In this document: positions 23,301 through 31,575 of the stretch, one piece after another
Layout of the letters: each line of letters starts with the position of its first letter
Position numbering within the stretch: the stretch's first letter is position 1
Source: Sedimentisphaerales bacterium
Lineage (GTDB): Bacteria; Planctomycetota; Phycisphaerae; Sedimentisphaerales; Anaerobacaceae
Direction: 5' to 3'
DNA: 64,000 nucleotides
Assembly: GCA_963708075.1 (NCBI GenBank)
Contig: OY970194.1
Span: 7,424,001 to 7,488,000, forward strand
Notes under the pieces: model-generated
What the model saw: the letters and a program-made list of their open reading frames with translations, nothing else
What the model was told of the DNA's origin: nothing
Databases searched by the model: none
Program-made: the position numbers and the translations under genes

Positions 23301-23828
23301 AAGCTGACCCGCACGGGTGATCTGGTCACCGCCCAGCACTCGGTCGACGGCAAGACGTGGAGCGATGTCGTCAACGCGACCAATCCGACGTCCGACACGG
23401 TGGTGATGGGCGGAACCATCTACATCGGCCTGGCGCTGACCAGCCATGCTGCGAACGTCGCCTGCACCGCAGAATTCTCCGGAATCCAGACGACCGGCAA
23501 TGTCACCGGCTCCTGGCAGATGGCGGAGATCGGCGTCGATCATCCGGACAACTCGCCCGGTCCCCTCTACGTGGTTGTCCAGGACGCTTCCAAGACCGCC
23601 GTCGTGACCCATCCGGATCCCGAAGCGGCGTTGCAGGCCGAATGGCAGCAATGGACGGTGGACATGGCACAACTGAAGTCGGCAGGCGTGAACCTCAAGG
23701 CGGTCAAGAAGATGCTCATTGGCGTGGGCGACCGGAGCAAGGCCCAACTCGACGGCGCGGGCCGGATCTACATCGACGACATCCGGCTCACCAAGGGCGT
23801 CCCCGTCGAGCCGAACGCCGTGCCGTAG
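20397..23828 (+). CDS. Secreted LamG multidomain protein, tandem paralog with an extra lectin-like insert
   Basis: Same architecture and identical C-terminus GVPVEPNAVP; extra 'AKGGVMIRESL..WVKLTRTG..IYIGLALTSH' domain. Confidence 0.9.
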   Translation: MGKRLATVTMGMLLVGLIGPAAIGQGDPSLMGWWKFDGDALDSSGNNRSGTLVGDAAYRPGLFGQALMLDGTGDFVNITGYKGILGANPFSVSLWVNTTSSGGTMVNWGAQVNNQRVDLRLDQSRLRIETGGGNLQGKTVLNDGLWHHVVLTVAAGASISYPEVVLYLDGKDDSQTTTDPDKFNITANVDLTLGRRQTNTDRAIPALIDDVRIYDRVLTAAEVQTLSLLPKAMVPNPADKAQGVAIPVLTWKPRQTAVWHDVYLGTSPELGPADLVASHQRDPSYLHIAGMIPGTTYYWKVDEIELDGTVYPGDVWSFTFASFQAWKPVPADGEPCTDPNLTLTWMSGLTGISHDLYFGTDQTAVADGTGDTSKGNLPLPNYATGLLQSGTTYYWRVDEVNSAGGKIKGPVWTFTTLPVIPINDPNLMGWWTFDEGRGSRVVDWSGHGRHGTLHGAPAWVDGYDAGAMAFHGPLSGDYVEIAGYPGILGKHDRTVAAWIQTTTTGDIMGWGLGTDTQKWTLRVQTDNGNPGSLRLEVQGGRICGWTDLRDGEWHHVAAVLESTGAPTIANIRLYVDGVQEAISDSLVGDVNTVPGTRSVRIGDAHQLRPMLGPLDDVRIYDKALTQEELDAVMRIDPLRAWRPYPVTGSIMDIRVATPLTWTAGDSASKHDVYLGTDAAAVAAAANSDTTGIYQEQTGATSFTPATAIVWGQKYFWRVDEINADGTVTKGTVWSFSIADYLIVDDLESYTNDSPDRVFQTWIDGIGFSADEFFPQDNPGNGSNAAAGYDIWTPTSPYYNGRIMERANVYSGSQAMPMDYNNTLSPYYSEVERTWATPQNWLFNDVNTLVLHFRGRPASYTEVAPDHIIMSAAGWDIWHSAALDRFDEFRFVYKRLTGDGTIIARVDSIDNTNVWAKGGVMIRESLDWGSRHASVFVTPGQGVAFQRRLTANDAGLSTQQAGVVAPMWVKLTRTGDLVTAQHSVDGKTWSDVVNATNPTSDTVVMGGTIYIGLALTSHAANVACTAEFSGIQTTGNVTGSWQMAEIGVDHPDNSPGPLYVVVQDASKTAVVTHPDPEAALQAEWQQWTVDMAQLKSAGVNLKAVKKMLIGVGDRSKAQLDGAGRIYIDDIRLTKGVPVEPNAVP

Positions 23829-23869
23829 ACTGCTCGGCCCGACCCGGGCAGCACATAGTTGTAGAACGA

Positions 23870-23905
23870 GGCCCCGGCAGAGAGTCGCCGGGGCCTTGGT
23901 TTTTT
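23870..23905 (+). terminator. Intrinsic terminator for the LamG genes
   Basis: GGCCCCGGC-8nt-GCCGGGGCC followed by TTGGTTTTTT. Confidence 0.8.
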
Positions 23906-23942
23906 GCAGGGCTTCCGAATCATCATGGCTTCTCGGATCATC

Positions 23943-23980
23943 AAAAAAAGGAGGGCCGGGTATGGATGGTCCCGGCCCTC
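23943..23980 (-). terminator. Intrinsic terminator for ECF cassette 1
   Basis: A7 then GAGGGCCGGG..CCCGGCCCTC on the plus strand. Confidence 0.8.
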
Positions 23981-24006
23981 AGGAGAATCACCACGCGCTC
24001 ATGTGG

Positions 24007-25416
24007 CTATTTTGGCAAGTTCTTTTCGAGATCAGCCAGTTTCTCCGGGGAGACCGTCTCCGTGCGCAGATCGCCGAAGATGACTTGGTATTCGTTATCT
24101 GAGACCTTCCACCGCATCAGGACCTTCTCCGCGTCTTTCGGGGTTACGGTCTTTCCATAGTATGCGCGATCCTTCTTGTACCACTGGAGCCTCATGTAGA
24201 ACAGATCGAGCCCCCGTATGGGCATCAGGAAATCCACAAGTTTGTTGCCTATCTCTTTGTCCGTAAGCCCTTTCATCTCCTCCTTGAATCGCAGGGCGGC
24301 GGGGGTTTCACTCTTTTCTGCTAACCGTAGAACTGTGTCACCGACATCAGCGAAATCGGCTTCAATGGGGCTTTTCTCTGGATACTTGCCGAGCAACTCG
24401 CCCCATACCTTTAGACCCTGGATGGCGGTCTCCTCCGTGATGTGGGCGGGATACTTGATCACTATACCGGTATAGTCATCGGGTATGACCGGCTCAAAGT
24501 CGGCCGCCGCAACGGGGACATCCCACTGGAACTCGTGCACCACAAAGTGCTCGTACTTCTTCTTGTTTTCCCTCTGGTAAAAGAGAACACACGTGAAATC
24601 GTATCGCACAGGCAACTGTGTCTTCGCATCCACCCATATCTTCCAGTCGCCCTGTACTTCAGATTCTCCCCGATTAATTCTGATTCCATGGTTGGGATCC
24701 GTCGTCCGGAACCCTTCGACTTCGATGCCGTCAATCGTTGACCTGCCCAGGCTCTCGTGTTTGCATTCCAGCATTCGTTTGACCAGCCTGTCCGGACTGT
24801 CCTGAAACTGTTCAGCCCAACGATCGTCAAATTCTGTGCGCCGGTACTTCTTCTGCTTTGGCTCGATGCTAATCAGGGTCCTCTTAGCTGGCAAATAATA
24901 GGATTCGTCGGTCTTGCTCCATCCGCCAGTGGGGTCGAGTTCTTCACCGGTTACTTTCCGGCCATATTCTTGTGATACCAAAGAGGTGTAGTGTTCTTCT
25001 TTGAAATTGTACGGTTTGTTAGGATCCTCGCCGGTCACCTTCGTACTCCAGAATTGCGCACTCGTTGTGGACCTGTAGGCCTTGACCTGTTCGATGCGGG
25101 CCAGCACGTCCGCCAGGGCAATCCCTGACCCGGTGGTCTTCCAGAGAGATAGACCGATCAAACACGCGATCATAACAGCCGCGGCGACGGCAAGTGTGGC
25201 TATTCGACGTTTCATGATCATACTCCCTAATGCTGCGATGCGAATCGACTTCGGTGTGTTCGTAGATCCATCTGGCGCACCGGCTGTGAACTCTCTTGCG
25301 GAGCGTTCTCGTAGCTGTTTCATAAACTCCTGGTCAGGTGCGACTGCTTGTCTGTCCATCGCAGACAGCAACGAAGTGAAGTTTTCATCTGAGTCTTTGT
25401 TCTTACGCATTCTCAT
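24007..25416 (-). CDS. Putative anti-sigma factor 1: cytoplasmic N-terminus, TM helix, LolA-like periplasmic domain
   Basis: Overlaps the sigma stop; TM 'LAVAAAVMIACLIGL'; 'SGIALADVL'; 'IWVDAKTQLPVR'; C-terminal 'YYGKTVTPKDA.KVLMRWKVSD'. Confidence 0.8.
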   Translation of the reverse strand: MRMRKNKDSDENFTSLLSAMDRQAVAPDQEFMKQLRERSAREFTAGAPDGSTNTPKSIRIAALGSMIMKRRIATLAVAAAVMIACLIGLSLWKTTGSGIALADVLARIEQVKAYRSTTSAQFWSTKVTGEDPNKPYNFKEEHYTSLVSQEYGRKVTGEELDPTGGWSKTDESYYLPAKRTLISIEPKQKKYRRTEFDDRWAEQFQDSPDRLVKRMLECKHESLGRSTIDGIEVEGFRTTDPNHGIRINRGESEVQGDWKIWVDAKTQLPVRYDFTCVLFYQRENKKKYEHFVVHEFQWDVPVAAADFEPVIPDDYTGIVIKYPAHITEETAIQGLKVWGELLGKYPEKSPIEADFADVGDTVLRLAEKSETPAALRFKEEMKGLTDKEIGNKLVDFLMPIRGLDLFYMRLQWYKKDRAYYGKTVTPKDAEKVLMRWKVSDNEYQVIFGDLRTETVSPEKLADLEKNLPK

Positions 25417-26027
25417 AATGCCACCTCTTGCATCCCGGACGCACGATGAGTCAGCCGCTCAAAAACTCCACGAAAGGCCTTTCTTGCTCGAGCCAACTTT
25501 GACCGGACCGCTATGGATGAGCCATTGACCTGATCTGCAATCTCTTGGACCGCAGCGCCGTCAACGTACTTTGCCATCAATAGTACCTGATATTCTGCCG
25601 GCAGCTCTTCGATGGTGCATCTGACCAGCTCTGCCAGTTCACGGGATTCGAGCACCTCGGCTGGCGGCTTTTCAACGCCCTGGAGCCAATCGTCCTTCTG
25701 GCCATTCAGAGACGTCCACCACGTTTGGGCCTGGACGAGCGCCGATCTTTGCCGACATTTTCGGTAGTGTAGAGCTACCTGGCGTTTTGCTATCGTCCAA
25801 AGCCAGACCCACAGGCTGCCGCGCCGAGGATTGAAGTTGCCCGCTGAGCGTGCCGCCGCCAGGAATGTCTCCTGCACGATATCGGCGACAGACGCTGGGT
25901 CACCGCCCATCAGCCGGGCGACATTGCGCCAGACCTTCTCTGCATACAGGTCGTACAGCGTCAACCAGGCATCGCGATTGCCTTGTCGCAGGCCCTCGGC
26001 GATTTCCGTCTCGGTCTGCTTATCCAT
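25413..26027 (-). CDS. ECF RNA polymerase sigma factor 1
   Basis: 'DIVQETFL', 'WLWTIAKR', region 4 'EIADQVNGSSIAVRSKLARARK'. Confidence 0.92.
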   Translation of the reverse strand: MDKQTETEIAEGLRQGNRDAWLTLYDLYAEKVWRNVARLMGGDPASVADIVQETFLAAARSAGNFNPRRGSLWVWLWTIAKRQVALHYRKCRQRSALVQAQTWWTSLNGQKDDWLQGVEKPPAEVLESRELAELVRCTIEELPAEYQVLLMAKYVDGAAVQEIADQVNGSSIAVRSKLARARKAFRGVFERLTHRASGMQEVAL

Positions 26028-26157
26028 ATCTGTCAGCTTTCAGTCACTTTCTTGAACCATCGACGGCTCGGTCTTCATCGTATAGTTTGCGCACCACCTG
26101 AAAAATGTGTCGAGGAAAATGCCAATCGTGGCAGCAGCGCAAAAAAAGGCCGGGCTA

Positions 26158-27303
26158 AGTAGGTAGCCAAAAGTCTTCACACAAAAGCCTTGAGCCAGAA
26201 ATCCGCCGACAAGACACCGGCTTTGCGGAGGCCCTGGGTCGCAGTTAGTCCCAAGAGCCACTGTTCCGCGTAGGCCGCCTCATCATCAATCGTTTGGAAC
26301 TGGCGATTGGCCGCAATCAACCGTTTCAACTCCTTCCAGAGATGATCCTGAGAGTTCAGTTCCGGGCACTGCTTCGGCAACCACAAGAGGGTCACCTCCA
26401 AGTGGGTGGCCAGTCGTTGGCTTTTGATCGCCTGATGAAAAGAGGCCTTGTCCAGCAACAGCCAAATCGGGCGTCCGGGATACCGTCGCCGCAACTCCCG
26501 CAGGAAGGCTTGAAAGTCCTCTTGCCGCTGGCGGGGCCGACGCAGGACCACCCGGTGTCCGGTTCGTGGATTGATCGTGCCGAACAGAACCCGTTTGTCG
26601 TTTTGACCCGTGATCTTGACCTGCGCCTGTTCGCCGCGAAACGCCCACACATAGCGCAAGGGCGGAAACCAGCGGAGGATGGTCGCATCCGAAAACAACA
26701 GCACCGCCAGCGCCGGCATCCGTTTCAGGCGGCGAACCAGGCCCCCTTTTTCTGGGCTCGGTTCGGGTCCTTGGTCGCATAGACATACCGGGGACGTTTC
26801 CACCGCAGATCCAAGTCCCGCATCCGCCGCCGCAGGGTACGAGGCGAGATTGCACACCCGTACCTTTGCTGGAGGTGATCTGCCAGCAAGGACACCGTCC
26901 AACCCGTGGCGCGATAGCCCAAACGCATCGGGTCCCGGCGGAACTCGCGTACCAGACGGGCGTCCGTGATCGGCGTGGCGACCGGAGGCCGTCCGGAACG
27001 CGGTGCGTCCTGCAGGCGGTCTGGACAATGGGTGTGCAGATAGGCCCGCACCCAGCGATAGACGCTCCACGGCCGGGTCCCGGTGATCTGCGCTGCTTCC
27101 GGAACCGTCCGACCCTGGGCCACCAACAGGATCGCTCCGATACGCCGGTAGGTGCGAATGTCAGCGACCCCCTGTAAGGCCCGCGTAAGACGATGTTTAT
27201 CATATCGATCGAAACCACGTTCTGAGGCGCTCTTCGTTCTTCGCATGTACCCCATCATACACGCGAAGAGAATCGTTCCTGTGAAAACTTTTGGCTACCT
27301 ACT
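26158..27303 (-). mobile_element. IS630-family element, copy 1 (1146 bp)
   Basis: Terminal inverted repeat AGTAGGTAGCCAAAAGT; TA duplicated at 26156-57 and 27304-05; ORFs identical to those of 40105-41250. Confidence 0.95.
26177..27258 (-). CDS. IS630 transposase in two ORFs joined by a predicted -1 frameshift
   Basis: orfA HTH ('APRSGRP', 'WKRPR'); orfB catalytic ('FSDAT', 'LLDKASFH', 'LPKQCPELN'); A5G5 slippery run at the junction. Confidence 0.9.
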
Positions 27304-27346
27304 TAGATATGCCCGGCCTTGGTCACAGATGCACAAGACAGTCAAC

Positions 27347-28680
27347 CTACTTGGGCAGGGCCTTTTCGAGCTCGGCCAGTCTCTCCGGGGAGACCGTCTC
27401 GGCGTGCAGATCGCCGAAGATGACACGGTACTCCTTGTCGGAGACCTTCCACCGCATCAGGACCTTATCCGCGTCTTTCGGGGTCACGGTCTTTCCATAA
27501 TACGCGGGGTCCTTCCCGTCCTGCGCGAGCATATCGTAGAACCTACCGAGTCCCCGTATGGGCATCCAGAAATCCACAAGTTTGTTGTCTATCTGTTCGT
27601 CTGTAAACCCTTTTATCTCTTCCTTCAATCGCATGGCTGCGGGGGTTTCGCTCGTTTCTGCTAACCGTAGAACTGTTTTCCCATCGATATCGATGATATT
27701 CTCTGGATACTTGCCGAGCAATTCGACAAGTACCTTTAGACCCTGGATGACGGTCTCCTCAGTGATGTGGGCGGGATACTTGACCACCCTACCTGTATAG
27801 TCATCTGGTATGACGGGCTCAAATTCGGCCGCATCAACGGGGATATCCCACTGGAAATCGTGCATCACAATGTGCCCGCGCTCGATAATCTTGGTTCCCA
27901 TCTGGTCAAAGTTAGGCCATGTGAAATCGTATCGCACAAGCAACCGTGTCTTCGCATCCACCCATACCTTGGCATCGATTTGAATTCCACCTCCAATTAG
28001 AAAGAAGTAGGGGTCGGTGGTTTGAAACCCTTCGACCTCAATGCCGTCAATGGTTGCTCTGCCCAAGCTCTCGTATTTGCATTCCAGGATTGCTTTGAGA
28101 TACGTGCGAGGATCGTTCATCTGCCACAGACGTTCAGCGGTAACATCGTCAAATTCTACGCGCCAGTACTTCTTCTGCTTGGGCGTGATTCTAATAATGG
28201 TCTTCTTATCTGGGAAAGTATAGGCTTCTGAGAACCGTGCTCTCTCCGCCCTTGGGGTCGAGGCTTTCAGTTCTACTTTTCTTGCCATATTCTTGTGATA
28301 CCAAAGTGGTGACGTGTGATTCTGAACTGTAAGGCTTGTTCGGATCCTCGCCGGTTATCTTCACGTTCCATTGGTACCTGAAGGCCTTGACCTGCTCAAC
28401 GCGGGCGAGCACGTCCGCTAAGGCGATCCCTGAGCCGGTGGTCCGCCAGAAAGATAGGCCGATCACACACGCGATTACGACAGCCGCCACGGCGGCAAGT
28501 CTGGTCGTTGGACTCTTCATAACGAATCTCCACGTACTCGGCCCTCGCTGCGCCGATTTGCGTTCTACTGTCCTTGTGTACGCTGTCTTGATCGTCTCGA
28601 AGACAGCATCGTCAGGGGCGGCGTTGGCTTGCACCGCCGCACTGTTGAACAATCGCCTCATCTTGTCTGCGGGTTCTCAT
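27347..28680 (-). CDS. Putative anti-sigma factor 2 (two 1-bp frameshifts, near 28674 and 28236)
   Basis: ATGA overlap with sigma 2; ORFs 28206-28661 and 27347-28288 together are colinear with anti-sigma 1 and 3. Confidence 0.8.
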
Positions 28681-29222
28681 TCTTCTACCTCACTATTGAG
28701 CAATGACCGCAGTTTCTCCATGCCGTACCGGTATCGGCCTTGCACCGTATTGATCGATGCATTCTGAATTCTGGCAATCTGTCGAAATTCCAGGCCCCCT
28801 TCAAACCGCAGCGTCACGACTTCCCGCTGCTCCACGGGCAGTCCCACCATCGCCTTGCTGATCCGCTGCATCTGTTCATTCACGACGGCCCATTGATCGG
28901 GAGAACTGACCCGGGTCGTCTCTATCGCTGCCCCGTCGAGTTGGGCCGTTTGGTGACGTTGACTGTCGCGTCTGAGGGTGCGAATCCGGTTCATTAGACA
29001 CGTGATCAGGAAGTTCTTCAGATTCCCGTGATCGCTGATCCTGTCGTAGGACTCGGCCAGCTTGAGGAACACATCCTGAACCACGTCCTCGGATTGACAG
29101 GCATCTCCCGTCAGGAGGATCGCCAATTTGAGCAGGTCCAGCTTGTACTTGTCATAGATCTGGCGCAGAGCATCGACATTGCCCCGGTGAAGTCTCCAGA
29201 TAAGCCGCTTATCGTGCAACAT
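28677..29222 (-). CDS. ECF sigma factor 2
   Basis: 'ALRQIYDKYK', 'EDVVQDVF', 'LPVEQREVV', 'SINTVQGRYRYGMEKLRS'. Confidence 0.92.
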   Translation of the reverse strand: MLHDKRLIWRLHRGNVDALRQIYDKYKLDLLKLAILLTGDACQSEDVVQDVFLKLAESYDRISDHGNLKNFLITCLMNRIRTLRRDSQRHQTAQLDGAAIETTRVSSPDQWAVVNEQMQRISKAMVGLPVEQREVVTLRFEGGLEFRQIARIQNASINTVQGRYRYGMEKLRSLLNSEVEE

Positions 29223-29256
29223 GGCGCCCAACCTGCTCAAGAATCGCGATCCTTTG

Positions 29257-29291
29257 CCCTATTACACTCCGAAACAGGGCAGTTGCGTATA
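29257..29291 (-). promoter_or_regulatory. Candidate ECF autoregulatory promoter
   Basis: Minus strand TATACGCAAC-N14-GTGTAATAGGG; same motif and spacing upstream of sigma 3. Confidence 0.7.
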
Positions 29292-29361
29292 GGAGAGACA
29301 AGAAAATCTGTACAAATCAGGGAGGAAACAGAACCTGCAGGTCTCGCAAGGGGGCCGGCGC

Positions 29362-29390
29362 AAAGAAAAGGGCCGGGGTGCCCCGGCCCT
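29362..29390 (-). terminator. Intrinsic terminator for ECF cassette 3
   Basis: AAAGAAA then AGGGCCGGGG-tg-CCCCGGCCCT; homologous to 23943-23980. Confidence 0.75.
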
Positions 29391-29417
29391 CAGGAGGATT
29401 GTCATGTGTTCAGGTGG

Positions 29418-30743
29418 CTACTTTGGCAAGTTCTTTTCGAGCTCGGCCAGCGTATCGGCGCTGACGGTCTCCGCGTGCAGGCTGCCGAAGAGGACTCGAT
29501 ATTCCTTATCGGAGACCTTCCACCGCAGCAGGACCTTATCGGCATCCTGCGGCGTCACGACGCTGCCGTAGTAGGCCGGGTCCTTCTTTTCCTGCGTGAG
29601 CATCATGTAGAACATTCCCGCGCCCTGGATCGGCATCATGATGTCCACAACCTTCTTGGCCTGCTCTTGGGCCGACAGATTCTTGTCGCCCTCGAACAGC
29701 TTCTTGAGAACAGGGTTATTCGGGTCGGGGCTGCCCTGCGCGAGCTTGCCAAACTGCGTCATGAGGCTCATGAGGTCGAGCTTCTCCGGATACCGGCCGG
29801 TCAGGTCGGCGTACAGCTTCAGGCCCGCGATGGCGCCCCCTTCATCCATCGCCGGCATCTTCATGGGGCCGCCGGGCAAGGTTTTGTAGTCCGGCGGGAT
29901 GACCGGCGTGAAATCGGCAGCCGTTGCTGGGCAATCCCACTGGAAGTTGTGAACCACGCCGTGTATCCGCATGCCGCTCACTTCCATGTCCATCTCCGAC
30001 CGCACCGGAAGCTGCGTCTTGACATCGACCCAGATCTTCACATCCACCTGGCCCGTCATCCCGGCCAGGTAGTTCGGATCGGTCGTCTGGAATCCTTCGA
30101 CTTCCACTCCGTCCACCGTGGACCGACCCAGACTCTCATACTTGCAGTCCAGAATCTGCTTGAGCATAGTGCTGGGATCGTTGTTCTGCTGTCGGGTCTT
30201 TTCGAACAGTGTCTCGTCGAGGTCCACGCGGACGTACTGCTTCTCATTCGACATGAGCATGATCATGGCCTTTTCCTGGGGCAGCATGTACATCTCTTGA
30301 TGCGAGAGCTTTCCACCGTTGGGGTCCACCGTGTCCACCGTCGCTTTCATGCCGCGGTCCTGTGCGATCAGGATGGTAGCCTCCATGTTCTGATTGATGG
30401 CCGGCCCGGTGGGGATTTGGCCGCTGATGGTCATGGTCATCTGATACATGTAGGCGGTGATCTGCTGGACCTGGGCCAGCACGTTGGCCAGGGCGATCCC
30501 CGAGCCTGTGCCCGTCCACATGACGATACCTGCGATGCCTGCGACCGCGATGACCGCGGCGGCGGCGAGTTTCATGATTGGATTCCTCATAGTCATTCTC
30601 CATCGACTCCATGTGAGCGTTGAATTCTCGTTGGTTTTCCGCCGAGCCTGGAGCACGTCCTGAAAGACCTGCTCGTCCGCATCCGGCCGGATGCTCAGCT
30701 CAGCCCTCTTGAACAATTTCCGAATGTCATCCGCGGGGTTCAT
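29418..30743 (-). CDS. Putative anti-sigma factor 3
   Basis: ATGA overlap with sigma 3; TM helix; 'SGIALANVL'; same conserved C-terminus. Confidence 0.82.
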   Translation of the reverse strand: MNPADDIRKLFKRAELSIRPDADEQVFQDVLQARRKTNENSTLTWSRWRMTMRNPIMKLAAAAVIAVAGIAGIVMWTGTGSGIALANVLAQVQQITAYMYQMTMTISGQIPTGPAINQNMEATILIAQDRGMKATVDTVDPNGGKLSHQEMYMLPQEKAMIMLMSNEKQYVRVDLDETLFEKTRQQNNDPSTMLKQILDCKYESLGRSTVDGVEVEGFQTTDPNYLAGMTGQVDVKIWVDVKTQLPVRSEMDMEVSGMRIHGVVHNFQWDCPATAADFTPVIPPDYKTLPGGPMKMPAMDEGGAIAGLKLYADLTGRYPEKLDLMSLMTQFGKLAQGSPDPNNPVLKKLFEGDKNLSAQEQAKKVVDIMMPIQGAGMFYMMLTQEKKDPAYYGSVVTPQDADKVLLRWKVSDKEYRVLFGSLHAETVSADTLAELEKNLPK

Positions 30744-31288
30744 TCGTGTACCTTGCCGTTTAGCACAGACCGTAACTTCTCGACTCCATACCGGTATCGG
30801 CCTTTGACCGTATTCAGTGATGCCTTCTGCAGCACTGCTATCTGCGAAAAGGTCAGATCCATTTCCATGTGAGAGCAGATCACTTCGCGCTGCTCGTACG
30901 GCAGCTCCTGCAGGGCCTTGCTCAGCAGCGACAGCTCTTCACTGAGAATCGCCCACTGCTGTGGCCCCGGCTCGCGGCAGGGCAGCAGGTCCGCCTCATC
31001 GAGAAGCAGGCCCTCGCCGCGCCGGCTGCCGTCCCGCACGTGATTGCGAACGCGGTTGAGCACGCTGGTGACCAGGTAGCCCTTGAGACTGCCGGTCAGC
31101 CCGATGCGGTCGGCCGACTGCGCGAAGCTGACAAACACATCGTGAACGATGTCTTCCGCCGTGTGCAGATTGCCGACCAGCGTCATGGCGTACCGCAGCA
31201 GCTCGACTTTGTACTTGTCGTAGATCTGCCGCAGGGCCTCCGGACGGCCCCGCTTGAACCCGAGTATAAGCAGCTTGTCTTCGATCAT
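30740..31288 (-). CDS. ECF sigma factor 3
   Basis: 'ALRQIYDKYK', 'AEDIVHDVF', 'LPYEQREVI', 'SLNTVKGRYRYGVEKLRS'. Confidence 0.92.
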   Translation of the reverse strand: MIEDKLLILGFKRGRPEALRQIYDKYKVELLRYAMTLVGNLHTAEDIVHDVFVSFAQSADRIGLTGSLKGYLVTSVLNRVRNHVRDGSRRGEGLLLDEADLLPCREPGPQQWAILSEELSLLSKALQELPYEQREVICSHMEMDLTFSQIAVLQKASLNTVKGRYRYGVEKLRSVLNGKVHE

Positions 31289-31322
31289 CGTGCACGTTTA
31301 CCAGAAGAATGTTCACTCTTCA

Positions 31323-31357
31323 CCCTATTACACACCCAAACCCCGCCGTTGGGTATA
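31323..31357 (-). promoter_or_regulatory. Candidate ECF autoregulatory promoter
   Basis: Minus strand TATACCCAAC-N14-GTGTAATAGGG. Confidence 0.7.
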
Positions 31358-31409
31358 TGCAGGGGCAAGGATTTTTCGCAGGTACACGGGTCTGGAGTCT
31401 TTACACATA

Positions 31410-31500
31410 CGGGTGGCAGCGTCAAGGCCGAAGGCCTTGGCGATGGCTGTATCGCATCAGGGGAAGACCATCGCCAAGCTGCGCTTGACGCTGCCACCCG
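31410..31500. repeat. Approx. 90-bp palindromic element, family A (GGGTGGCAGCG...CGCTGCCACCC)
   Basis: Long outer stem with internal hairpins; near-identical copy at 58199-58287. Confidence 0.9.
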
Positions 31501-31575
31501 TGCAGGGACTTCCTCTGAGACACTGATTTATGGTAACATGGTGCTGGTGACAAGAAACTGCTGCCGAGGCGTGCG

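Noticed and set aside
24007..30743. Diversity-generating retroelement among anti-sigma C-termini or the 1.3-kb repeats
   Set aside because: No reverse transcriptase in the window and differences are not adenine-specific; ordinary paralogy explains them.
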